From Camelus dromedarius (Eukaryota), in the NCBI RefSeq assembly GCF_036321535.1, contig NC_087472.1:61628001-61692000 (forward strand): a stretch of DNA of 64,000 nt. The letters run 5' to 3'. Positions 1 through 11,600 of this stretch are shown one piece after another (position 1 is the first letter of the stretch; the number at the start of each line of letters is the position of its first letter). The translations under genes were made by a program, and so were the position numbers. The notes below the pieces were generated by a model that did not search any database, was not told the DNA's origin, and saw only the letters and a list, made by a program, of their open reading frames with translations.

Positions 1-495
1 TGGGCGGGGAAGGCAGTGGCAGGACTAAGGGATGCAATGCAAGCCACAGATTGCTATCCAAATATAAGGGTTATTGCCAGCAGCCCTCTCTGTCCTCAGC
101 CAAGCTGGTGAATGTGCCTTGCTCGCCACAGTCAGTGCAAACAAGACACCCGGGGGAGCTGGCCCGGGCTAGGACCCCAGCCTCACGAAAGGAGGAAGAG
201 GTAGGGTTTTGAGACATTCCTTGGCAGGCATTTTTCGATGTTCCAATGACCTTGGTTCTTGGCTCCCCAAGCATGGGAGAGTGACAGGAGGGACCCCTGC
301 CTTGTGATAGTACACCCCCTTGCTGCTACTCTCTCCTTGCAACACTCTGCCATAGCCACCAGACCTCCTTGCCATCCCTCCATCATGCCAGGCATACTCC
401 AACCTCAGGGCTTGGTGTTTGCTCTTTCCTTTGCCCCTGTCTCCTCAGGCTGGCTCCCTCAGTGCCCTTGGATTTCTGCTGGAATGGCCACCCTA

Positions 496-764
496 TTCAT
501 TCATTCATTCATTCATTCATTCATTCATTATTTATTTATTTATTTTAATTGAAGTATAGTTGATTTACAATGTTGTGTTAGTTTCTGGTATACAGCATAG
601 TGATTCAATTATACATTTATACATATTATTTTTTCAGATTTTTTCCATTATAGCTTATTACAAGATACTGAATATAGTTCCCTGGGCTATACTGTAGCAC
701 CCTGTTAAATGAAGAGATTGGGATTTGCATATACAAACTACTGTATATAAAATAGATAAACAAC
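496..764 (-). mobile_element. 5'-truncated L1 3' end (artiodactyl/camelid type) with an inverted 5' segment
   Basis: TTGAAGTATAGTTGATTTACAATGTTGTGTTAG.. is the L1 3'UTR in antisense (about 540-705). 706-764 is the adjacent 3'UTR segment in the opposite orientation. The tail has decayed to (ATTC)n(ATTT)n. Degraded TSD atggccacccta 484-495 / atggacacctta 765-776. Confidence 0.85.
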
Positions 765-829
765 ATGGACACCTTACTTCAATGTTCACATATAGCTCTC
801 CTACCCAGCCCACCCCACCCCCAGCACTC

Positions 830-1027
830 CTGTCCCCCTTACCACTTTTTCTTCAGTGCACTTATAACCTTCTAACATGCCTTCTAATTCACTTATTGTT
901 TTATTCACTGTTTATCAGCTCCCACTGGAATGTGAGCTCCATGAAGGCAGAGATCTTTGATTTGTTCTCTGCTGTGTCTCTGGTGCCCAGAACAGTGCTT
1001 GGTACTAAATACTTATCAAATGAATGA
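830..1027 (+). mobile_element. L2 LINE 3' end
   Basis: gaatgtgagctccatgaaggcagagatc...cagaacagtgcttgg...aaatgaatgaa, the typical L2 terminus. Confidence 0.75.
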
Positions 1028-1129
1028 AGTAGCCCCCCAGGGACTCTTCCAGATCAGGCTTGAAGTTGAATCTTCTCTGCTCCGGCTGGACATCTTTTCT
1101 GGAAGGAAAATCTTGCTCTAGATTTGGTT

Positions 1130-1150
1130 GTTCATTTATTCATTCACTTA

Positions 1151-1188
<38 letters not shown>

Positions 1189-1510
1189 AAATGCCAGGCA
1201 CTGTTCTAGGTGCTGAGGTTACAGCAGAAAACCAGACAGACTTGGTCTCTGCCCTTAATGAGCTTCGATTTAGGGGAGGGGCAGGGAAGACAATAAACAA
1301 ACAACCTGATTTAAAAGGGTGCTCAGTAATATGAAGAACATAAAATGGTGTGATAGGCTGGAGTGACTGTGTAGTCAGGGAAGGCTTCTGGGAAGAGTGA
1401 TCTTGGAACTGATACTCTTGTGTTGAGATGAAGCCAGCCAGGACATACTCCAAGGACACAGCTTTCCGGGTGGAGGGGCCACAAGGGCAAAGGCTGAGGG
1501 GCCAGAGTGC
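1130..1510 (-). mobile_element. L2 LINE fragment containing a (GT)n microsatellite (about 1153-1186)
   Basis: ttcattcac..caaatgccaggcactgttctaggtgctgagg..gtcagggaaggcttc, antisense L2 3' region. Confidence 0.7.
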
Positions 1511-2669
1511 TGAGTATGAGGAAAGGGTGTTAGGCTTGATCTGCATCTCATGCATCACCCTTCTGGAAGGCATTTTGGAAAGCCAAGGCAACACCCTGCC
1601 TGGAGACACATGTGTGCATTGGTTACCTGCACTCGTGTGCAAGTGTTTTTATGTATGTGTGGTGTGTGGGTGTGGAACTGGGGAGGTAGCATGTGTCCTT
1701 GAGCATATGTCGGGGTACAGTCTGGGTGGCAGGTCCTGGAGAGAGAAAAGGATGGTGAAAAGAGGAGAAAACTTGGAGTGCAGAGGTCCTAGTCTGGTGC
1801 AGGCCCCCCATGGACTCACATCTAATGTAAATTGCATATGAAATTTTGGTCAAGTCCCTCGGCCTCTCTAGGCCAGTGTCACCATCAGTAAGATGAGAGT
1901 GGGTGTTTTAGCCCCCTCCTGTATTCCAGCCTCTTTCTTTTGCTTCCTACTCCAAGGAAGGGCTGTCTCCTCAGTCACAGCGATTGAGGCAGAGATGGCA
2001 ACAGGTGGGGTGGCATTTGATGGCTGGAAAGGACGATGGCTGGGTCCTATGCTGACTTGCTGACTTGTGCCTGGGTCCCCCAACCCTTCCCTCCAAGTAC
2101 CTTCCATCCGTCCGTCTTCCCAGCGAGCTCATTTAGAAGAAGGGAGGCACTTCTCCAGATGCTGGCGCACAGATGCTGAGCTTCTCAGGTTCCCTGCTGG
2201 GCCCCGCTGAGCCACGCTGTGCCAAGTGCCTCAACCTCGCCGGGACTGCTCCCCTGCCCCCGCCGCCGCCAGCGCCAGGCCCCCTCCATCCCGCATCGCT
2301 CTCACTGCTCTTCTCTGAACTGCCTCCAGCTTGGCTGCATCGCTGCGATAATGAGGTGTCTGCGACTGAACACAGTGGGCTCGACAGGGCAGAACAGCAG
2401 GCCAGAGGCCCGGGAGACAGGCTGGAGCAAGAGCAGAGACTGCCTCAGCTGGCCCTGGAATCCACCAAGTGCCTCCCACCCAGCCTGCCAGTCCCAGTGT
2501 CATCCTAGGCCCCACTGCCCAGATCCCAGGGCCAAAGGCTTAAGGTGAAGAGAGGCCCAGTTGTGAAAACTCCAGCTCCCCGATGCTGCTGCTGCTGATG
2601 ATAGGAAGAAACTTGGGTTTCAAAGGGATGCCCCACTAATAACCCCTCATATCTGGACAACACGTCGGT

Positions 2670-3020
2670 GTTTACGAGGCACTTTCACTCCTTCTGCAAA
2701 CGTTTACTGAGCGCAAAGTCAGTGCCAGGCCACGTGCTGGTCAGGGGGAGACGAGGAACAAGATGGTGCACTCTCTGCCTAACAGGGAGACAGTCACAGA
2801 AACAGGCCATGAGGGTATGGAGGAGTCAGAGCCTGGACAGGGGGTGCAATGAGTCAGAGGATGGGGTGCCTGAGCCAGTCTGGGAGGGTGATGGAGGTGG
2901 GGGAGGTAGGTGGGAAGATTTTACCAAAGAGGGAACCTTTGGAGTCATCCTGAAGAAAAAGCAGGAATTAGGTGGGCAAGGGGAGATGGGGTAAGGGGAG
3001 AACGGGTGTCTTGTGCACAG
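2670..3020 (-). mobile_element. L2 LINE fragment
   Basis: cgtttactgagcgc..gtgccaggccacgtgctgg..gggaagattttaccaaagagggaacc pattern. Confidence 0.6.
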
Positions 3021-3334
3021 GGAACAGCCTAAGGAGCCCAGAGGGCATCTTGCTTAATCCTCAAAACAGTCCTAGAGGGCAGGCATTTCAGTTGCCATTT
3101 TGCAGATGGTGAAACAAAGGCCCAGAAGTGATAATGATGCTTTTCCCCCAAGGGCAGTGCTAGCTTGAAAAAATGATTTGTCATCCATCCTTTCACTTTT
3201 CTGCTCACACTAACCCTATGATGGAGAGACTTTATCTGCACCTCACAGATGGAGAAACAGGCTCCGAGAAGGAAATTGGCTAGACAAGCTCTCAGCTTTT
3301 CCCAAGTTTGCCCGATTTTCTCCAGTCAGAGAAA

Positions 3335-3460
3335 CAGCATTTATGAAAGCGAATATACATGTGTATGTGTGTGTATATATATATATGTGACTGGGACATT
3401 ATGCTGTATACCAGAAATTGACACATTGTACCTGACTATACTTCAATTAAAAAAAATAAA
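3335..3460 (+). mobile_element. Short L1 3' end with A-tail
   Basis: gctgtataccagaaattgacacattgtacctgactatacttcaattaaaaaaaataaa. Confidence 0.75.
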
Positions 3461-4032
3461 GAGACAAGTGGCTCTAAGGGAGGTGGTACCATAAAGCCAT
3501 ACCCCTTCTATTCTATCCTCCACCCCTGTATCATCCCCCCTTTCCTAAGGCTGGTCTCCCTCGTGGCTAGAGCACAGTTGAGGTAAGAAACCACTTGTCC
3601 AGAGGGTCCCCCCAACCCTGTTCAATCAAAAAGGACGGCAAGACTATTGGTATTCTCGTGAATTATTCAGGAGCTCTGGCTGGCAGGATAGGGGTGAGAG
3701 GAGGGTGGAAGCAGATGTTCCCACATGCCAAGTGTGGCAGCTGCACAGGAAGTGACCCCAGAGGCCAGACCCCCATCAGCTGCCTGGCCTCACTCTCCAC
3801 CCCGAGAGAAATCACCAGCCAGCCAGTGGTGCGGGGCAAAGAGGATGCTGGGTAATTGTAGGTGGGAGGAGGGAGCAGCCTGAGGGTAACGGGTAACATG
3901 TGACAGGTAACATAGGTCCCACTTCCTGGGGGCTTCTAATGTGTTACACCTTAGCTCCTTTACTCCTCACCAAACTCTGTGCTATTGTTATTTTCTAAAT
4001 GAGGAAAGAGGTGAAGTAACTTGCCTAGAGTC

Positions 4033-4598
4033 TGTAATAGGCTGAATGTTTGTGCTCCCTTCCTCAGAATTCATATGTTTTTTAAAAATACATGTCATCA
4101 TTTTATTTGTTTTTTTCAGAGGGTTAAGATGGAGGGAGGCTCTTAGGGTTTTTTCTGTTTACTTATTTATTTTTAGAGGAGATACTGGGAATTGAACCCA
4201 GGACCTCATCCACGCTCTCTACCACTTGAGCTATACCCTCCCCACTAGAATTCATATGTTGAAGCTCCAACCCTTAAAGTGATGGTATTAGGAGGCAAGG
4301 CCTTCTCGGGCTAATTAGATTTAGATGAGGTCATGAGTGTGGAGTCTTCACAATAGCACTGGTGCCCTTTAAGAGAGCTTGTCCTCTCTGTATTCTTGCT
4401 CACTCAACATCTCCTCCATGCCCCCATGTAAGGACACTGCAAGCTGATGGCCATCTAGAAGCCAGGAAGCGGGCTTTCAACTGACACCAATTCTGCTGTG
4501 CTTTGATCTTGGATTTCCCAGCCTCCATAACCGGGAAAAATAAGTGTTTGTTGTTTCAGCCTATGGTATTTGGTTTTAAGGCAGCCTGAACTAAGACA
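4033..4598 (+). mobile_element. MaLR MLT1-type solo LTR interrupted by a SINE
   Basis: Starts tgtaataggctgaatgtttgtg, contains gatggtattagg..gatgaggtcatgag, ends gcagcctgaactaagaca (TG..CA termini). Confidence 0.85.
4080..4246 (-). mobile_element. Camelid tRNA-Ala-derived SINE (Vic-1-like) inside the MLT1
   Basis: Antisense head gattgaacccaggacc..gagctataccctcccc; perfect 14-bp TSD agaattcatatgtt at 4066-4079 and 4247-4260. Confidence 0.92.
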
Positions 4599-5002
4599 GA
4601 TCACACAGCAAATAAAGGGCGATGTCAGAATCCAAACCCAGATTTGCACACTTTAGAGCAAGCATACCCTTTATGCTGTTCTACCCCTTGACTTGGGATT
4701 CAGGCCTCTAGGATTTGGGCCCCTGGGGGACAACATGCTCCATGTGCACTCCTTTATCAGTGAGTCCCTGGCCACTCAGGGCCCCACTGAGATCTGAGCT
4801 CCAACATTCCCCTCGTTAAAAATAACTCCTGGGGGGCTGGTTATGAGTTTCTAGAAGTGCAATTAGCAGGTGTGGAGTTGCAGGTGGGTGAGAGAGAGAT
4901 TTTTGTGGTCCTGAGTACAGGAAGGCCCTCAACCTCTTTCTCTGAGGCCTTCATGTGTGAGGAGATGTTTTAAGGTACTGTTAAAAATGCAGTCGCTGGA
5001 GT

Positions 5003-5188
5003 TAGGGTTGCCGGATCTAGCAAACAAAAAAACAGGATGCCCATTTCAGTTTGCATTTCAGAGAAGCAACAAATAATTTTTAACAGAAGTATGTCCTTTT
5101 TCGTATCAGTATGCCCTAAAAAAGGATTCATCGTTTAACTGAAATTCACATTTAACTCAAGGGTTCTGTGTTTGATCTGGCAAATCTA
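5003..5188. mobile_element. MER53 non-autonomous hAT DNA transposon
   Basis: TIRs tagggttgccggat / atctggcaaatcta; 8-bp hAT TSD gctggagt (4995-5002) / cctggagt (5189-5196). Confidence 0.88.
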
Positions 5189-5584
5189 CCTGGAGTCATA
5201 TTGCCTGGGCTTCAGTACCAGGCCTGCTACGACCTAGCCGTGTGGCCTTGGGCAAATTAGTAACCTCTCAGTGCTTCAATTTCCTCACCTGTTAAGGATG
5301 GCAGAGAAATTTAACTGAAGTGATAAAGACTGCCAAGCATTTTGCAGCTGTTTTCACTCCCCCACCCCCTCTTTTTCTATGGATTCCCTCAGATGCTTCC
5401 TATGCTCCTTACTCTTCTCTGCATGTGGCCCCCAGGCCATACACTGGGTGTGGGGAGCCTGTTCCACAGCGCAGAGGAAGAGGAAGAGGGCTCATGTATT
5501 TTAGGGTCCTACCATGTGCTTATCACTGCTCAGCATTCTTCTTAATTCATTGGGCCATCACAACCCTACAAGATCCTCACTATT

Positions 5585-5710
5585 TTTTTAATTTTGGGGG
5601 GTAGGGTAATTAGGCTTATTTATAACTTTTTTAGTGGAGGTACTGGGGATTGAACCCAGGACCTCGTGCACGCTAAGCATGCGCTCTACCACTGAACTAT
5701 ACCCTCCCCC
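5585..5710 (-). mobile_element. Camelid tRNA-Ala SINE
   Basis: Antisense tRNA-Ala head; TSD acaagatcctcactatt 5568-5584 / acaagaccttcactatt 5711-5727. Confidence 0.92.
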
Positions 5711-6534
5711 ACAAGACCTTCACTATTATTCTTCTCCTTTTACAGATGGGAAAGTGGAGGCTGAAGATAATGAATAATTCCCAAAGTCACCCATCTAACC
5801 CTGGACCCTAGGTCTATCTGGCCCTTACCACCCTGGGCTCCATTCTCCCCCGCTTCTGCATTCCCGTCACTTGTGCTGAGGTTCTAGCTTCCTGAGGGGA
5901 AACCCATGCTCACATTTGGGAAGCATGTGTGGGGAACAGAGTAGCCTGAGAGAGGAGGCCTGAGGCCCTCCAGCCCTACGGGCTCCCTGGGTCCAGCTGG
6001 AGCACCATCTCTGGGCCTCCCTACCTCCGCACCCCTCCCCCACACCCCTCCCCAGCCCAGATCATGTCGATAACTCTATCCTGCAGCAAAATGCACTTCT
6101 CTCCGATATGCCCAGCTGCACGTCCACTATGCATGCTAATCAGCAGCCAGTGCTTGCCAGCAATTTGCTTCAGTTCTGGGGCTCACTCTGGGTTTATTTA
6201 TTTTTTATATTTATACCTTGTGTGCCGAGATGGCTGACTTGGAGTGGGAGTGGGGTCTGGGGAGGAGGCCCAGCAGAAATGGGAGGAATAAAGGAACCAA
6301 AAGCTAGGGAGGGAGGGAAATCAGGGATCATCTTTGCCATCCCTCTGCCTCCGGACCGGACTGCACCTAGAGGAGAATAGCACTCAAAATGAGGCTAACA
6401 CCGAGCCCTTCTAGAGTGTTCCCGGCAGGCTTGGGGGGTGGGCCCAGCAGGGACTAACAAGCCCATGTTAAAGAGGAGAAAATCAAGGCTGTGGGGGTAA
6501 TGTGATACATTGATTCTTCCAACCCAAATCTTTT

Positions 6535-6850
6535 TTTTTTTTTCTTTTCAGAGCAACAGATTTTTAAAAAACTTTTTAGGGTTTTTTTTTTTTTTTTACA
6601 TTGAAGTATAGTCAGTTTACAGTGTTGTGTCAATTTCTGGTGTACAGCATAATGCTTCAGTCATACATATACATACATATATTCCTTTCCATATTCTTTC
6701 TCATTATAGGGTGCTACAAGATATTGAATATAGTTCCCCGTGCTATACAGTAGGACCCTGTTGTTTATCTATTTTATATATAGTAGTTAGTATCTGCAAG
6801 TCTTAAACTACCAATTTATCCCTTCTCACCCTCTTCCCCACCTGGTAATG
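6535..6850 (-). mobile_element. L1 3' end with two poly(A) tracts (probable 3' transduction)
   Basis: ttgaagtatagtcagtttacagtgttgtgtc.. antisense L1 3'UTR; perfect 14-bp TSD aacccaaatctttt at 6521-6534 and 6851-6864. Confidence 0.88.
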
Positions 6851-7299
6851 AACCCAAATCTTTTGACTGTAGACAATAAAGACTGAGGCTTCATCTTGCC
6901 TCCCCACCTCATGTATTGAGGAGAAACTCAGGCGCAGAGAGGGGAAGGCACCTGGCCAAGGTCACACAATGAATTTGAAGTGGAACCAGGACTACCAGTT
7001 GGGCCTGCTGCCTGTCAGTCCTGACCTCTCCTGGCTGTGTCCCATAGGAAGCTGTCTAGGAGGGAGAAGGCTTCTCCTCGTCTGCCACATCTGCCAAGGG
7101 AAGAAGACACCAGCCTCCTGAAAGTTGTTCCCATAGACTTTTCCACAAATTTTTGGCAATTGACTACTTACAGCTCCCCAAGTCCTTTCCAATGGAAACT
7201 TACCCCTTTCCCTCTGCTTCTCACTTCAAAGGAGATGGTCCTCCAGCTCTACTGTCACACCGGGGCTTGACACATAGTAAGGGCTCTGGAAACTTGTGT

Positions 7300-8030
7300 C
7301 CCGTGAAGATACAAATGAATAGGGCAACTTGGCAACATCCTGTAACGGTGAAGAGGAGCACACACCCTCAGACCCAGCAAGACCCCAGTGAAATGCTCAT
7401 ACATGTGTCCACTGAGAGACGCACACAAGGGTGTTCACAGCAACGTTCTTCATTAGACTCAAATGTGCAAAACTAACTAAGTGCTCATCATTAGGGGAAC
7501 CAATAGAATAAGTTGTGGTGTATTTACACAATGGAATACCGTGTAGCAGTGAAAATGAATGAACTGCAGCTACATTGTTAACACAGAGACCTGGAGTGAC
7601 AAAGAACGTGGCTAATTTGCACAATACCGTTAGTGCAAAGCTTTCAATGCATTGAAATCGGGAGGGACTACCTTGGGGAGGCTTAGGAAGGAGAATAGGG
7701 TCAAAGAGGGCACACAGAGAGTTCCAGTTATATCTGTGATGTTTTATTTCTAAAGCTGAATGATGGGTAATGGGAGTTGTGTTATTCTTTAATTAAATTT
7801 TACTTTATTTTTAAGGGGAAGTGGTTAGGTTTGTTTATTTATTTATTTTTAGAAGAGGTACTTGGGGATTGAACCCAGGACCTTGTGCATGCTAAGCATG
7901 TGCCCTACCACTTGAGCTATACCTTCCCCCATTCTTTTTTAAAAACAATTTAAAAAATTTGGGAGGGTATTATTTATTCCTGAGACCTTTTTGTATCTCT
8001 GACATATTTCCTTATAAAACAAACAAATAG
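7300..8030 (+). mobile_element. Old L1 (L1ME/L1MC-like) ORF2 end and 3'UTR, interrupted by a SINE
   Basis: gtgttcacagcaacg..tttacacaatggaatac..gcagtgaaaatgaatgaactgcagctac, old-L1 signature. Confidence 0.75.
7791..7930 (-). mobile_element. Camelid tRNA-Ala SINE
   Basis: gattgaacccaggaccttgtgcatgctaagc..gagctataccttcccc; short attcttt TSD. Confidence 0.9.
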
Positions 8031-9410
8031 TAGATGAAATAGATGGATGGATGAATGAATGAATGCTGCTTCCCCTCAGTCAGAGGGCTGATTCTCCTGA
8101 CTTTCCTTTGTTTTATGTGTGTCTCCCTCTCTGGGAGTCATGTGAGCTTTGGAATCCAACTGACGGGCTGGAATCCTGGCTCAGTCCCTTGTTGCCTTGT
8201 GACCTGAGGACCCAATGACTTCCTTGCGCTACCCACCCCAGGAAGCTACGTGGACGCATTCACAAGGATGATGGGATGTCTTGGAATTTATCTAGTCCAC
8301 CTCATTTCACAGATGGCAAAAATGAGGCCCTAGTGGAAACCTTAGTCTCTACCCTGCGAGCTAAGAAGATAATTGCTCCTTACCACACCACCAACCAGAC
8401 AGGACCAGGACTTCAGGCAGCTCTGGTGAGGGAGGGAGAGGCAGTGTGGTGTTGAAGCCAGACCATAGGACAGAGGGTTCAGCCTCGCCGAAAGGATCAG
8501 GCCCTAGTTAGAAGTTCTATTAGGTGAGGATCTTCCCTTATCAGGGGCCCCTGGCTCAGAGCTCTAGGACTTGTGTCAAGAGTGGCCTGCTGAGGGGGGC
8601 GGGTATACCCAGATGCTGACACAGCCAGTTGCTCCTCCCAGCCACCATGCTCTAATAGGCATACCACCATGCCCAACTTCCAGATGAGGAAACGGAGGCC
8701 CAGGGAAGCAAAGATCTATATCCAAAGCATGGGCTCTTCTCAACTTGCCATGACTTCGTGGCTCCTTGGCCTTCTCTCCTCTGTGCTTGGTCCTGGGGGA
8801 GGGGGGTACTCTGGTGGAACAATGGTGGTCTGTCCAATCAGTTACTACCAAGAGAGGGGGCCAGAGAGCCCGCTGTGGAGGCCCTACAGCCCAGCCGCTG
8901 GCCTCTGTTGTTCTTGGGCCCCAGCCGGGTGCTCCTGGGGCGGGTGGTGGGGCCCTAGAGCTGGCGTCTGCTGCAAGCCTAGGTCTCCTGCAGAGAACCC
9001 CTTCAAGGGCAACCCTTGTCCCTGCTTTAATTATACAAACAATTTTGCTTGGCTTCTCCAAATAAACAGTGCACAGTTTGTGGGCCGTGGCATGGTGGGA
9101 AATCTGAAATGAGAAGCCGCCGCTAATGGGTTCCTTAGCTGCAGGGTAAACGGATTGCTTAAAAGGCTGGGCCTGACCAGCCTCTGCTACCTTCCTGACC
9201 AGGCCCTTCCAGATTACACTGTGTATCCCATACCATCCGGCTCTGAACTCCCATCCCACCTCCTGATGCCGACCTGCCTGCAGCCCCCATGTAACAGAAT
9301 GATCAGCTGGGTTGCGTGAGAATCACTTTTCTGAGCCCTGTAGACAAGGGCTCCTGCTGATGGGGTTTCAAGGGATGGGATAGGCACATAGGGATGTATA
9401 TGTGCACAAG

Positions 9411-9412
<2 letters not shown>

Positions 9413-9452
<40 letters not shown>
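9413..9452. repeat. (GT)n microsatellite
   Basis: Directly visible. Confidence 0.95.
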
Positions 9453-9454
<2 letters not shown>

Positions 9455-9614
9455 CTACAAGCAAGGATGTTTCTCAGGACGTGGCGGGGTTCCTGGGGGC
9501 TGAGTAGTGCTGGCCTGAGGGACATAAATTCACAGTAAGGCAAGCACACAGTGTGCATATTGGAGGGCCAGGCATTGAACCCGGGATTGTGAGCAGGTGG
9601 ATATAAGAGGCTAC

Positions 9615-9756
9615 GGGGGGAGGGTATAGCTGAGTGGTAGAGTGCGTGCCTAGCATGCACGAGGTCCTGGGTTCAATCCCCAGTACTGCCATTATAAATA
9701 AATAAACCTAATTATCTTCTCCTCCAAAGAAAACCAAACAAATGAAAAATTTGCAA
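9615..9756 (+). mobile_element. Camelid tRNA-Ala SINE (first of a tandem pair)
   Basis: ggggggagggtatagctgagtggtagagtgcgtgcctagcatgcacgaggtcctgggttcaatccccagtac. Confidence 0.92.
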
Positions 9757-9858
9757 GGGGAGCTCAGTGGTAGCGTGCGTGCTTAGCATGCATGAGGTCC
9801 TGGGTTCAATCCCCAGTACCTCCGGTAAAAGAAATAAATAAAAGTTAATCCCCCCCCC

Positions 9859-9904
<46 letters not shown>

Positions 9905-9913
9905 CACACACAC
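9757..9913 (+). mobile_element. Camelid tRNA-Ala SINE (second of the pair, 5' end partly deleted) with a (CA)n tail at about 9860-9913
   Basis: ggggagctcagtggtagcgtgcgtgcttagcatgcatgaggtcctgggttcaatcccc. Confidence 0.9.
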
Positions 9914-10174
9914 AGGCTACAACTAGAGCTCCTCTCCCAGCTCTGTATGGATTACTAGGCACTTTCACATCCATAGATCATCCTAACCCTGAGGAAGGGT
10001 TCCGGCTTATCTGAGGTCAAATAACCTGCCCAAAGTCACACAGCTCAGAATTGGAATGCAGTTTCCTGACTTTCTGAGTAGTTTACCTGACATCACCCGC
10101 TACCCTCAAATGTTGTTTCTTGCTGCCAGGAGGATCCCTTCTCCAATATCCACTCTTTGAGGGAATTTTGTTCA

Positions 10175-10440
10175 TCCCTGCACAACACAGTGTTTAAGTT
10201 CACAGACTCTGAAGCCAAATTGCCAGGTTTAAACCCATCTCTGGTGCTTACTTGCTGTAAAATCTTGGGCAAGTGATTTAACCTCTCTGGGCTTCATTTT
10301 TCCCATCTGTAAAATGGGGGTTTTAATTGTACCAACTTCCTTGGGCTTTCACAAGATTGAATGAAGTTATGCCTGTGAAACACCTAAAACAGTGCTTGGC
10401 ACCTGGTAAGCACTCAGACACGTTTGGCCGCTAATATTAT
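10175..10440 (+). mobile_element. MIR, near full length
   Basis: Core cttgggcaagtgatttaacctctctgggcttcatttttcccatctgtaaaatgggg. Confidence 0.85.
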
Positions 10441-11339
10441 TTTTCCTTATTCAGCTGATCACAGTGCTTGGGCATGGTAGGTATGTAATCCGCAACTTGT
10501 AGGGTAAATGATAAGCTCACATGTGTGATATTACTGACTGCAGCCAATGGCTTCCTTTACTCGGTGACACTTTGGCCACTTAACAGGGTTATTCACTACT
10601 CAGTGTTTCCCAAACCCCTTGGAAATTCCATCCCCATCTGGGGTGTGTGTGTCTCTGTGTGTGTGTGTGTCTGTGTGTCTGTGTCTGTGTGTGTCAGGGG
10701 AAGGACAGGGGTTGGAGTGGATTTGATGGGCCTTCTGGGCCTCTCCAACATGCCTGTCTGCGGCTCCCCAGGTGTTGACTCCTCTGAGTCCCCATTCATG
10801 AATCCTCTGTTCAGCCCTGGCCAGCCACATCCCCTCTCCTCAGCTCAGGACTCCATTATCTAAGTCCTGCACATCCCTCAAGCCCCCACCACACCATCAG
10901 CTCCATCACCAGCCCCCACACACCCTCCCCCCACTCCCTCACTATATTCATCAGAGAAATTCTCCCTTCAGGCTGAACTTTCCATCCTCTCCCTCTTGAA
11001 GGAGACTATTTGAGGAGAGGTTTATTTAAATCCATTCAGATGGTTTTGAGTTACCAGAGGGAACTGAAGAGGGAGACAATGGAAGGGGAGAGAGGCGACA
11101 GAGCAAGTGAGAGCCAGCTTGAGAGAGTGTACAGAGAAAAAAAATAAAAGGAAGTAAGAGTGCCTTAGAGAGAAGGAGAATTCCTTTTCTGCTTTTCTCC
11201 ATGAACACTGGGAGACAGAAAGTTGCCAATGATCTGGCCATACAAGTTTGTAATGTTCTTTGTGAGTGGAGAGGCTACATGAGCTACATAAAGGAGCAGG
11301 AATGTGGGGCCTTGGGGAGGCCGCCCTGGAGTCCTGGAT

Positions 11340-11600
11340 TTTAGCCAAACTCTGCCTCCAACTCATTGTGTGACCTTGGATGAGTCTCTTCCCTACTCTG
11401 AGGCTCCGCTTCCTGACAGTGCAGGAGGTGGCTGGGACAGCGGCAGGGGTAACTCGCTTCATGAACGCACATGAAGGGAGTAATATTCCTGTCCCAATTT
11501 TAAGGATGAGGAGATCGAGGAACAGAGAGGTAAGTTGCTCAAGTTCACAGAGCTGAAGTGAGGGAACCAGGACTTGAACCCAAGGCAGTCTGGCTCCAGG
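11340..11600. mobile_element. Two MIR fragments in opposite orientation (about 11340-11470 plus, about 11500-11600 minus)
   Basis: gtgtgaccttggatgagtc.. followed by gaggtaagttgctcaagttcacagagc..gacttgaacccaaggcagtctggctcc. Confidence 0.7.

Noticed and set aside
8576-9259. 227-aa minus-strand ORF
   Set aside because: No recognisable domain, it overlaps a MIR, and the composition is what GC-rich DNA gives by chance.
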